DNA from: Macrostomum lignano
Lineage: Eukaryota
DNA: 34,134 nt
Assembly: GCA_002269645.1 (NCBI GenBank)
Contig: NIVC01002638.1
Location: 1-34,134 of the forward strand
Direction: 5' to 3'
Shown: in pieces, positions 23,630 through 33,900 of the stretch
How positions within the stretch are numbered: the stretch's first letter is position 1
How the letters are laid out: each line of letters begins with the position of its first letter
The notes under the pieces: generated by a model
The model's database searches: none
What the model was told of the DNA's origin: nothing
What the model saw: the letters and a program-made list of their open reading frames with translations, nothing else
Translations under genes and position numbers: made by a program

Positions 23630-26155
23630 TTAGCTCGCAAAGCCCAGCTCCTGGCCGCCTTCCTGCTCGGCTCGCCTGCGCTGCTGCTTGCGCAGCTTCC
23701 GGCCCTCGGCTGCCTGCTGGCTGTCACTGTCAGGCTGATCACGGCGCTCCAGCGTCTTCACTATCAATCGGACGCCGAGAACGGCGCCTGCGCAGCCGAT
23801 GAGGGCTGTGCAAAAAATAATAATGATAATAGCTGATTATTAGGAAGTCATAAATAAGAATATTATATTTCTAAGCTGATTCTGTGAGATAAGTGAGGTA
23901 AGCCGAAATGATTTATGCATATACCGTATGTCCCACAAAAGCCAACCATCTAATTGCACCGATCTCTAGTGGCTACATGTAGATCGTGCAACGCATACCG
24001 AAGGAACATCCTTACCGAACATACCGAAGGGCCAAATGTGCAACCGACAGCTCAGCCGCAGCTACTGAAGGCTGCGTACGGCTGTCCTTCCATCCAAGGA
24101 CTGGGGTGTCCCCCGCCAGGGGGGGGGGTTTACTAGGCTGAAATTTCACTAGGCCAAAACTTCAAATTGCCGAAATAGCTAGCACGCTCTTTCATAAGTT
24201 TCGGACTATGTGAAAGAGGCTACTAAATGATTTTTCGGCAATGTTAAGTTTCGGCCTAGTGAAGTTTTGGAATAGTGAAGTTTCGGCCTAGTAAAGTTTC
24301 GGCCTAGTGAAGTCTTGGAATAGTGAAGTTTCGGAATAGTGAAGTTTCGGAATAGTGAAGTTTCGGCCTAGTGAAAGACGCTGCTAAAATGATTTTTCGG
24401 ACGTTGTGGAATTTCAGCCTAGTGAAGTTTCGGCCTAGTGAAAGAGAGTGATTTTCGGTGAAGTGAACTTTCGGCCTAATGAAAGCGCCCCGGTCGCCAC
24501 ACACACCCACAATGACCCCAGCTAATGCTGGCACCAATTTTACGAGCGTACAGTTGGCTGAACCGAAGCAATGCAGAAAGGTAAGTGTCTTGCTCCACTC
24601 AAATCGAACCCCCGACCTTTCAGTCGTGAGTCCGATGCTCTAACCACGAGGCTACCACTCCATTAGGCTATAGCCATTGAAAATAGGCGCGTGTGCCCAT
24701 AGCATAATCCGATCCGGAAGATGTTGTCTATGGTCTGAATTCGCCTATGTGCAAAGCTTCTGCCTCCCAAGGACTATACTCGTAGCTCCTGTACCAATGA
24801 TTGCCTTAAAGGCCAGTACTTGCCTTTCCCACATATTTACATGCAAAAGAAAAATGCGTAAACTCAATAAAAAATGCCAGCCATGCAATTAACCTCAATC
24901 CGAACACCAAGCAGACACCAGATTCACTTGCTGCTACGCTATTTTCGTACCGATGGCTCATTTGAAGGCATGCGGTCAATCCTAGAAACTGTTTTTGAAT
25001 GCTCACGTGTGCTCAAGGCCTGCGACAATGTGTGTCAAAACTTACCGGCAAACGTGGCTCCAACTATGATGTAGTAGTCGTGTGGCGTTGGGATTGCTGG
25101 CGGATTACTGGTGTACCGACAGACTGGAATTTCACGATCGATATTGAATGTTAGTGTGATTTGCATTGATTTTCATTGTGTGTTGAAGTCAATTTATGAG
25201 TTTATTTAACGCTATGTCGTAGATACCTGTAAATCAGGAGCCCAGCACCTAACATGATTCCGCTCACTAAGGAGATATGAATCAGAGGTTCTGACCAACA
25301 AATTCTATTCAATCAATTGCAACTTAAGTAAGGTGGGAAGGGAAAGCTAAAACGTTACTTTGAATTAAATGAACTCAAGCATTCGCTCACTAAGCAGCCT
25401 GTACGAACAGCTCCAGACTCCAGTCACACATGCATTACCTTCAATGTCAGACCTGTGACACACTGTAAGCACCACATCGGCTGGCTCGGCACAGGAGTCC
25501 CAGGGTGGAACATTTTCGCACGGATAATCCGCCAAGTTGCCATCGTAGCTGACCATGGTGCAGTTCTCGACGCAGTAGGAGTAGCTGGGCTCCGATTTGC
25601 TCCACTCGATCCCCGTAGTGTTCCCAGTCTTCACGAAGTCCTCCGTGGCCAGCGAGCCGTCGAAGTCGCTGCCGGACTGCCAAGTCCACTCGGAGCTGCC
25701 AGTGCGAACGAAGCCCGTCCAGAAGCGTCGGTTTTCAATGTAGATTCGCAGCCGCTGCCAGCCGTAGGCAGTTCTCATCATTGGCAGGGTGGCATTGTAC
25801 AGGGCGCAGAAGTCTCTAGCCTGAGCCCAGGTGAGGTAGTAGCTCGAGTTCAGATGGAACAGGCAGAATTCCTCACTCTTGTAGACGGACACGTCGCTAG
25901 CATTGGCTGGCGGGTTGCTGTTTCCGATGATGCCGGATGAAAGGGCTTCCCTGCTGATCGGCGCTTTGAAGCCTGATTGTTGGCGGGGTGAACAATTCCT
26001 GCTCTACATTATGGCATTGGGACTTGTTTATTCAAATTGAGACTCGTGATTTACTTACACGCCTTAGCTGGCATTTCGCAGACGACCATCTGACAGATGC
26101 TTCCTAACAATATTATTACTATAGAGCTGAATTTACCGCAAATGACATAAGCCAT
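23630..26155 (-). CDS. Type-I transmembrane C-type lectin domain protein, 4 exons, 294 aa model
   Basis: Exons 26155-26059 (signal peptide MAYVICGKFSSIVIILLGSICQMVVC, gtaagt donor), 25972-25439 (lectin domain: TWAQARDFC, FWTGF, WSKSEPS, ENCT, LADYPC, TVC), 25123-25046 (stalk PPAIPTP, gtaagt donor) and 23805-23630 (TAA). All junctions are phase 1 and total 885 nt. The TM helix YYIIVGATFA|ALIGCAGAVLGVRLIV is formed across the last junction; the tail is short and charged. Confidence 0.88.
24029..24660 (-). mobile_element. tRNA-derived SINE, family A, interrupted by an insertion; in lectin intron 3
   Basis: Head GTAGCCTCGTGGTTAGAGC...GGTTCGATT at ~24660-24600. Body segments match the copy at 29641-29925 on both sides of an insertion at ~24105-24491. 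Confidence 0.8.
24105..24491. repeat. Inserted element made of 16-bp repeats in direct and inverted orientation
   Basis: GTTTCGGCCTAGTGAA / GTTTCGGAATAGTGAA tandem units at ~24248-24375 and ~24400-24483, with inverted copies (TTCACTAGGCC...) at ~24130-24170. Confidence 0.8.
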
Positions 26156-26582
26156 AGCAGGTGTGTTACTTTTACCTAGCTGGCTAAGTGAATCGATTGG
26201 TTACATTGATTTGGATATAGACATCTGACCAGGTTAGGGCTGCAAAATGCCTCTCAAACGGTGCGGAGCAAGTCTTGTATGTATAGAAGCAGAAAGAGGC
26301 ATTGCCCAATCAAGTTCGTCAACCCATACTGATTGGCTGAGATAGTTTGTGAGAAACACAGAAGGGGATTTACCATCCGGAGATTAGCCGAAATAGTCGA
26401 TAAGGAAAGTGCATTTCAGAAATATAATCGACAGTATTGAAACAAACACCATTAGAAAAAGATCGTAGTCTTTTTTTCGCCAGGCAGTTTGAAATTTTTC
26501 TCTCTTTAAGCTGACGAAAATTTTGGCTCTATGATTTGATTTGTGTATAATTATTGTTTTAATAGTAGCTCGTAATTGATTT

Positions 26583-26733
26583 CACCTGCCTTAATGAGCA
26601 GATGTGCAACCAACAGCTCATTTAAGTGTTAAGTGTCTTGCTCAAAGACACAAATTGTTCCGAGTGGGTCGAGAATCGAACCCCCGACCTTTCAATCGCG
26701 AGTCTGACGCTCTAACCATTAGGCTACAACCCC
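26583..26733 (-). mobile_element. tRNA-derived SINE, family A, internally deleted copy
   Basis: A-box TAGCCTAATGGTTAGAG, B-box GGTTCGATTCT and TGTGTCTTTGAGCAAGACACTTAA, joined directly to the 3' segment TGAGCTGTTGGTTGCACAT...AGGCAGGTG. Confidence 0.8.
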
Positions 26734-27699
26734 TGTCCATTAATCTATACGGTAAAATCCATTAACACTTATGCCTGAATCCGATACAGTCAAGTTTGAA
26801 CGACACGCATTGGTACGCACTGAAAAAATTCAGCAATCAACCAATGCTAATTAGCTTTTCTAGAGATTGTCTTCTTCTATTTGAGTCTTTCAACGGTTCG
26901 AATTCAGCTGTCGACGCTGCAGATGAACCAAATTGCTCCACCCTTCTCAGGCGGCTCGCGTGCCGCTTTGTACGTCCGTGAACTGGGATTTTGGGCGCGG
27001 CTGAGCTGCAGTCTTGCTTTGCCTGAGCGCGTGCTGGACTGCGACTGCATTGGGAAGCCATCTAGTTGATTAGGAAGAATTCTCCGTCTTAGAGACATTA
27101 GAAAGGGGAAGATACGACGAAAACATTTCGATAAGCTCTACATACGATACACAAAAGGCTGCCACACCCATGCTCTTGGTTGTCCAGTTCCAATTATTGC
27201 TTTGCAGTAGCTTATGCCATACAGAGCTACCAACCTGATTCTTGCATTGTCAACTGTTTAACCCCGAGGATGCGGGTGGCCTGCTCTGCAGGCCATAGCT
27301 CATGGTCTATGGCTTGCGAATTATTACGATGCTGTTTCGAAAAATAAGTCTACATAACCGTAGCTTGCGGCTTTGGCCTGCTGAGCAGGCCATGACTATT
27401 TTCTATACAGAAAACATTTTGTAGATCACGGTGAACGAGTTTTTCTATCTGATGAAGTCATTTTCCAGCATCGGCTGTCTTCATATAGTCTCAATTAAGG
27501 TTGCAAGAGAAGCATTTGTGAGGTAAGCACGACGTTGAATGAATACTCTATGACTATGACGTCACAAGCCACAGAGTTCGCGCATAAAAGTACATATAAC
27601 AGAGCAAACTTGGCTGCACGAATTGGAACTAAAAATGAAAGCACATTTAAATTACTTTGTTTTGGCATAGTATAGAATACGCTGTACTTCGTGTCAAAA

Positions 27700-28610
27700 G
27701 GAGGACACGAGGGGGACAGGGAGGACACAGGTTGGGACGGAAAGGACACCAGGGTGGGACGGAGAGGACACAAAGTGGGACGGAGAGGACACAGGTTGGG
27801 ACGGAGAGGACACGGGGTGGGACGGAGAGGACACAGGGTGGGACGGAAAGGGCTCAGGGTGGGACGGAAATGGGCACAGGGTGGGACGGAAAGGGCACAG
27901 GGTGGGACGGAGAGGACACAGGGTGGGACGGAGAGGACACAGGGTGAGACGGAGAGGACACAGGGTGGGACGGAGAGGACACAGGTTGGGACGGAGAGGA
28001 CACAGGGTGGGACGGAGATGACACAGGTTGGGACGGAGAGGACACAGGGTGGGACGGAAAGGGCTCAGGGTGGGACGGAAAGGGCACAGGGTGGGACGGA
28101 AAGGGCACAGGGTGGGACGGAGAGGACACAGGGTGAGACGGAGAGGACACAGGGTGAGACGGAGAGGACACAGGGTGGGACGGAGAGGACAAAGGTTGGG
28201 ACGGAGAGGACACAGGGTGGGACGGAGATGACACAGGTTGGGACGGAGAGGACACAGGGTGGGACGGAGAGGACACGGTGAGATGGAGAGGACACGATCG
28301 GTGGGGATAGGGAAGACACGAGGTGAGGACAGAGGACACGAGGTGGGGAAAGGGAGGACACGATGTGGGGACAGAGAGGACACGATGTGGGGACAGGGAG
28401 GACACGATATGGGGACAGGGAGGACACGATGTGGGGACAGGGAGGACACGATGTGGGGACAGGGAGGACACGATGTGGGGACAGGGAGGACACGAGGTGG
28501 GGACAGGGAGGACACGATGTGGGGACAGGGAGGACACGATATGGGGACAGGGAGGACACGATGTGGGGACAGGGAGGACACGAGGTGGGGACAGGGAGGA
28601 TACGAAGAAT
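27700..28610. repeat. Purine/G-rich minisatellite, 21-bp then 22-bp units
   Basis: GGACACAGGGTGGGACGGAGA (21 bp, ~27760-28280) followed by GGACACGATGTGGGGACAGGGA (22 bp, ~28340-28600). Confidence 0.97.
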
Positions 28611-28701
28611 CTTATTCGCAGTACTAAGCCGCGATGACGGCAGCAAGCTAGCAATGGCTGTGGCAGCTGGTACAAGCTCACAATAACTCTGTAGCTGAAT
28701 A

Positions 28702-31700
28702 TCAGTCTGCAGGCGTTGGCAGCAGGGCTCGCAACCGGTTAGCTACTTGGCCAGCTGTCAGGCTGCAGCTCGACTCCGTGTAGCCCGCTGGTGCCAGGGG
28801 ATCCGGCTGGCACTCCAGCAGAAGGCGGTCCAGATCAGCTGATGCTTCTGCTGTCAGCTCGAAGTCCACTGGCACTGCGTGTACTGCAGGACCAGATCTG
28901 ATTAAAAATGAAAATGAAACGTTACCAAGCCTAATAGCATCGAAGGAAATCATCACTTGCAACTGTGACGAACTCACGTCAGACTCTGTAGAATCCGTCC
29001 CAAACAGCAGACATCTTGGCTAACCAACTGACTGAAGAGCATGCAGCCTGGTGGTTTAGAGCCATCTGGCAACTCCTTGTCTGGCAACAATTGCTGGCCG
29101 AGGTCGGACAGCTTCACCACCGCCGACTCGGTGCCCGACCGAATCACCTGAGATGTTTTTCCAACAAAAACTTCATTTTGCCTTCAAAAACTCAAAGCAA
29201 TCAACTTCAACTGTTCCTTGCCCGACCTCCCCGCTTCCTACTTACAAACACATTGGCGGCGTGCAGATTTCCGTGCGCCAGTCGGCTCTCCGAGTGCAGC
29301 TTCGCCAGCGCGTCCGCTGTTGCCAAGCCAACGACCAGCCGCTTTCGCAGCGAGGGTTGCAGGGCCAGGAAATCCAGCAGATTGCGGCCGTCAGCCATGA
29401 ATGGCATGTACAACTGCAGTCTCCAGACATCAGGTGCGGTCAGTCTGTACAACCGCAGGCCAGCGATGTGGACTAGATTCTCGTTCATTTCACTGTATTT
29501 GGAAATTAGAAGTAAAGCAAAATTTGTTAGCTCATTCCAATGAGGAATCGTTGAAAGCGTTGAGAAAATTTGATAAACAGTTAAATTTAGGTTCTGATCA
29601 GTTGCTGCCTATAATTTAATAATATTAATTAATAAGTTACTACACCTGCCTTTTGGGCCATATGCGCAACCGACAGCTCAGCCGCAGCTATTGCGCGGAG
29701 CATCTGAGGGCTGCTTACGGCTGTTCAGTCCAAGGACTGGGGGTCGCCTCGCACACCCTCAGTTACCCCAGCTAATGCTGATTTTAAAGAATTTACAGCT
29801 GGGTGAACTGAAGTACTGCAGAGTTGTGTCTCTCTCAAGGACACAAAATGTTCCGAGTGGTTAAGAATCGAACCCCGACCTTTCAGTCGCGAATCCGACG
29901 CTCTAACCCCTAGGCTACAGCCCCCTTGCCCATGCCTCAAATAAATAATTTAAATACTCGTTGGAGGGCTGGGGGCACCCCGGCGCAATGAATTCGGCGA
30001 AATCGTCCCACACAACCAGTGCTGAGACGATTCTGCCCATCCCGCTGAGTCCTGAGCACATGCAAGCGCGCCAATACTGTACGCAGGTGCCCACTCATGC
30101 ACACGCTCACACAAGGGTGTACAGCGGCCCTTTGACTTTCTAATCGTCAGGCATGTACACTCTCTGCGGGGGTTGGCCATCGTGACGCCCCCCCCCCCAG
30201 GCAATTGGCCGCGCACGGAATCGAACCGGGGGTCGCGTGGGGCGAGAGTCGGACGCGTTTAACGCACAGTCCGCTAAAAATATGCAAGCTCCAGTGGCTT
30301 TAACATCATTTCATACACGAAGTAGATCGTATTTTTTAAAGTTATCAAGACATCAAGAACTTAGTACATTTAAGTACTCTCTGATCTTTTACAAGTACTC
30401 GTAAATACAGGCAGTTAAAGTAAAGGGACGCTACACTCGCTCAATAGTGTACGTTGCATCGGAGGCTGGAGTTTGCTAATTCCGGGATCACGATAGTAGC
30501 ACTGAGAATTTTGCCAATACCGGATTCAAAAGATTACAGTTTTCTTTTTTGTCAATTTATTAGGTTTGTTTTACATTTTTTATGCTTCCTTCTTGCTTTG
30601 TTCAATTATGCTGTATGCATGCAGAGTTTTACTCTTTAAATATGACAAATGGAGGATCTTGTATGCGATAATGCGTTGCTTGATGTTTAAGATTTACAGA
30701 TATTTGATATAGTTTTCGGTATGATGTAATTTATTGCACTAACAAAATGTTTCTATCTATCCTTCTTCCTTTCTCACTGATGCATTTTGTAAAAAAAACA
30801 CTGGCTTGTAGCGAAATTTTCACACCTTGCTAGTGTGTACGGTGGTCCTTTTAGCTGTACTTCAGCTGTCCATGCCTTTATTCTGCACTTAAAACTGAGT
30901 TTCAGGCGCTTTAATAAAGTCAAATGGGCCGCCTAGGCATCGGCAAGTGAAAATTGCCTCCTACCGACTGACGTGCAATCCGGGAGCAATCTCGCCCAGC
31001 TGTCTGTCGCTGAGCATCATCTCCTTGACGGCCAGGTCTCCGCCGCAGCGGTAAAGCTTGCTGCCTTGAGACCCGGATGCCACCAGCTTCCATTCGTCGG
31101 ATTCGCCTCCGCAGAGCTGCAGTTCTCCGCACTCGGTCGCGACGCTGTCCAGCTGTAGACTTATCTTCAAGCATAGCGGCAGCAGAGCCAGACTGAGACG
31201 CCGTCTGTCCATCGCTGTTCGAAGGTCGAGCTGGACCCGGTCTTCAGCGGCCTGCACTGCCGCCAGAATTCCTCTGTGCAGCTCTTCAAACCAGCGGCGA
31301 AGGTCCTGCAGGACTCCGTCGGCCAGTTTATTCAGTTTGAGCTTTCCTGCGGTTGAGTAGCAGTGATCTGCATCAGTGCTGGCTTTCTAGCAGTTTTCAG
31401 TTCCTTTTCAGCGGTACACTAAAAAAATGACTTAAAACCCAAAATATTACAGTGCATACTGAGTTTTACTGACTATACTCGTAAAATACGGCAGAGTGCT
31501 TTTATTAAATAATTTTGAGTACACACAGTTGTCACTTCCTCACCAAGAAACTCCTCTACATTCAGCCGTCTCAAATCTGCATCCCTCGATGGCACCTTCG
31601 GTCGTAGTCGCAGCCTTGACAATCCTTTCGGCGGCTTGCAGCCATCATCAAGCAACAGTTCCGCCAATTGGCGCCGCAGGCTCCGCTCCGGCACGCGGAA

Positions 31701-33700
31701 TCCTTCTGTGGCGGCTGGCACGAGTTTCTGCGGGCCCTCGCCACCAGCCGCTTCTTCAACCTGCTTAGCCAGCGACACGCCGCGCTGGAAACAGTCGGCC
31801 AGTCGAGGCAGAGCGAAGTCGAAGTCGCCGCCAATCCGGTCGGTTAAGATGTCTAGTAGCTCCAATCTGGAAGGAGACTCCGCAGCTCCGGCTGATGCCT
31901 TCGCCAACTCGCTACACCGTTGCTTCAGTGCTGCAGTCAGCCATCGAACCAGATTGCGTGCGGTCGCTGCACCGGATGCCTCGGACTCTGAGTCGGCTAG
32001 AAGGCAAACCGCCGCGTGCCCGGCGTCCAGAAGAGTCAGTCGCCGCCTGTGGCAGGCCTCCTCGCTAGCCAAGGAGGCCGCCTCATCCAGGTCCTTGTGC
32101 AAGTAATCTAGCAGGGCTCGACGGAGGCTGGTGGCTGCCTCTAGCGGAAGTTCAGTCAGACGACGTTTCGCGAATGAAGAAAGCGACGACTTCGCCAACT
32201 GGAAGGCCTCCAGCCAGCGGGTCTCGTCATCGCTAGCTATCGTCAGCTGCTTCATGCGGAGCTGCTGGCGTCGGTGGCGCCGTCTAACTGTGGCCACGAT
32301 GCGGCTGGAAATGCAGCAAAATCGATACGAACATGGCGGCTCTGATACCTGCTGGCTACTGTGCTGATTATGATACTGATTTTTGCCATAATCCACTGGC
32401 TTCTCAGATTCCGGTTCGATGATGCAGCCTAACCGCCGGAGTCCCGCGAGCAGGCGCTGTAGCTTCTCTCGCTCCAGTGTCTCTCTGGTGCGGCCGCACC
32501 CGGCCGAGATGTCCCCATCATCAATATCCATGTGCGTGGCCAGGTAGAATAACTTGTCCGGGCCGCCTACCCTGGTCTGCAGGTTGACAATGTCGGCTTC
32601 GACCTGTGGTGTTAAATCGAGAGTAAATTACTGAAATAGACTCGCAATTTGCAGCTTGTGACTTTAGCGTAGTTATTTTAGTGGAAATGTGAACAGAAAC
32701 AGAACCCTCACCATGCGGCTCACGCCATTGTTGGCATTGATAACGTAGACAACCAGAGGCAGGAAGGCATCCACCGCACTCAATGTGAGCTCGTCCAATC
32801 GCGCGTTCTCATTGAGGCCCGGTGTGTCCACCAGATCCAGGCCGCTAGCCAGAAGAAACTCGCTGGGCCGCCCGATGACCGCCGGCGAGAGCTCGCCATT
32901 GGCTTCGGGATCTTCAATGGGACTGTCGAAGGGCTCCGCTGAGTGCACGATCCGCACCACTTGGCTTGTGCACGGATGCTGCGACTGGGCCAACACCTGC
33001 TGGCCTGGACAGAGGATTGATGTAGCGTGTTTCAGAATCAATATTCTTTAAAAGTTAGGAAAGGCGATTTAACCGAAACGGAGACAAAAGTAAAGCTCGG
33101 AACAGGTCGACTGAAATCGCTGGGACACCGCAGTCAGGTCCCTCCCTTGAGCTCCCAGTCTCAGAATTCGCTCAGAATTGTGTCGCTGAAATCGGCGTTT
33201 CTAGGATGGGATTTCTCTGTGTTCCCATCAAGCCGACTGGTCTGGCAAGTTATCAATTGCACTCGGTGCTCGAGCTGACATTTCTTCTATGGACAGGGTA
33301 CTTACGGTACCTACGTAGCTGTTCTCTTACGAGCGTATCTATACTTTAGTTTTGTGCTGAACTAGGATATTAACTTTGCCCCAATAAGCACTCAGTACCC
33401 AGTCTCCTCACCCAGCAGCTCATTGATGAAGCTGCTCTTGCCGGCCTTAGTCTGGCCGACAATCAACAAGCAGACGCGACACTCCGCATCGCCTTGTCTG
33501 CCACGCCGCCCCCTCAGCCTCAGCAGTTTCTCCACCTCGCTCGCAACCGCCTCCAACCGCTCAGCTGATGTCGCAGCTACTATCTGCCTCGCCTCTTCCA
33601 CTAGACAACGCACTTCATCAAGCGCATTGGCCAGCCTCTGACGATTAAGCAAAAACTGATCGAGATAGTTTGGTAGCTGCGCCATTTGCTGCTTGTCGAT
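28702..33700 (-). CDS. Dynamin-like GTPase fused to a kinase-fold (pseudokinase) domain, DSTYK-like architecture, 7 exons, ~873 aa from ATG 33685
   Basis: Exons 33700-33412, 33004-32712, 32603-31544, 31346-30965, 29492-29246, 29147-28978 and 28897-28702 (TGA). All introns are GT-AG and phase-consistent (1,0,1,2,0,2); 2622 nt from ATG 33685. GTPase: GQTKAGKSSFINELLG, HPCTS, LVDTPGLN, LATHMD. Kinase fold: ASGSQGSKLY, LAVKE, NENLVHI, AHGNLHAANVF, VKLSDLG, QDVCCLG. The true start may lie further upstream. Confidence 0.85.
29641..29925 (-). mobile_element. tRNA-derived SINE, family A, near full-length copy in an intron of the GTPase-pseudokinase gene
   Basis: A-box TAGCCTAGGGGTTAGAG (29917-29901), B-box GGTTCGATTCT (29874-29864), TGTGTCCTTGAGAGAGACAC core and AT-rich 3' flank. 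Confidence 0.85.
29950..30276 (-). mobile_element. tRNA-derived SINE, family B
   Basis: B-box GGTTCGATTCC (30227-30217) with a tRNA-Glu/Asp-like CTCTCGCC loop. Body homologous to 13921-14045. Confidence 0.75.
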
Positions 33701-33868
33701 CTGTGCAGGCAGGTGAGAGAGATAATGCATAAAATTGCCGTACACTGTATGGGGCAGATATTGCTGCTGCTGTTAGCTTGTCAGATTGAGAGAAAGGGTT
33801 CGGAGACAGGTAGCTATAGTGTACACCAAGATGTGTTCTGTGCAACTCAACGCACACCAGCTCCGATC

Positions 33869-33900
33869 CTCTCTCTCTCCGTCTCTCTCTCTCTCTCTCT
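33869..33900. repeat. (CT)n/(GA)n microsatellite
   Basis: CTCTCTCTCTCC-GT-CTCTCTCTCTCTCTCTCT, about 170 bp upstream of the first identified exon of the GTPase-pseudokinase gene. Confidence 0.95.

Noticed and set aside
24806-25006. Hydrophobic ORF as the lectin transmembrane exon
   Set aside because: The exon at 23805-23630 has a better acceptor, the correct phase, and completes a contiguous TM helix and tail.
27657-28686. Many long ORFs on both strands with 7-aa repeats
   Set aside because: Translation of a stop-free 21/22-bp minisatellite; no splice or domain support.
29860-30276. tRNA genes at A/B-box sequences (also 13780-13840, 24600-24660, 26660-26733)
   Set aside because: No convincing acceptor-stem pairing; each continues into a shared repeat body, so they are SINE heads.
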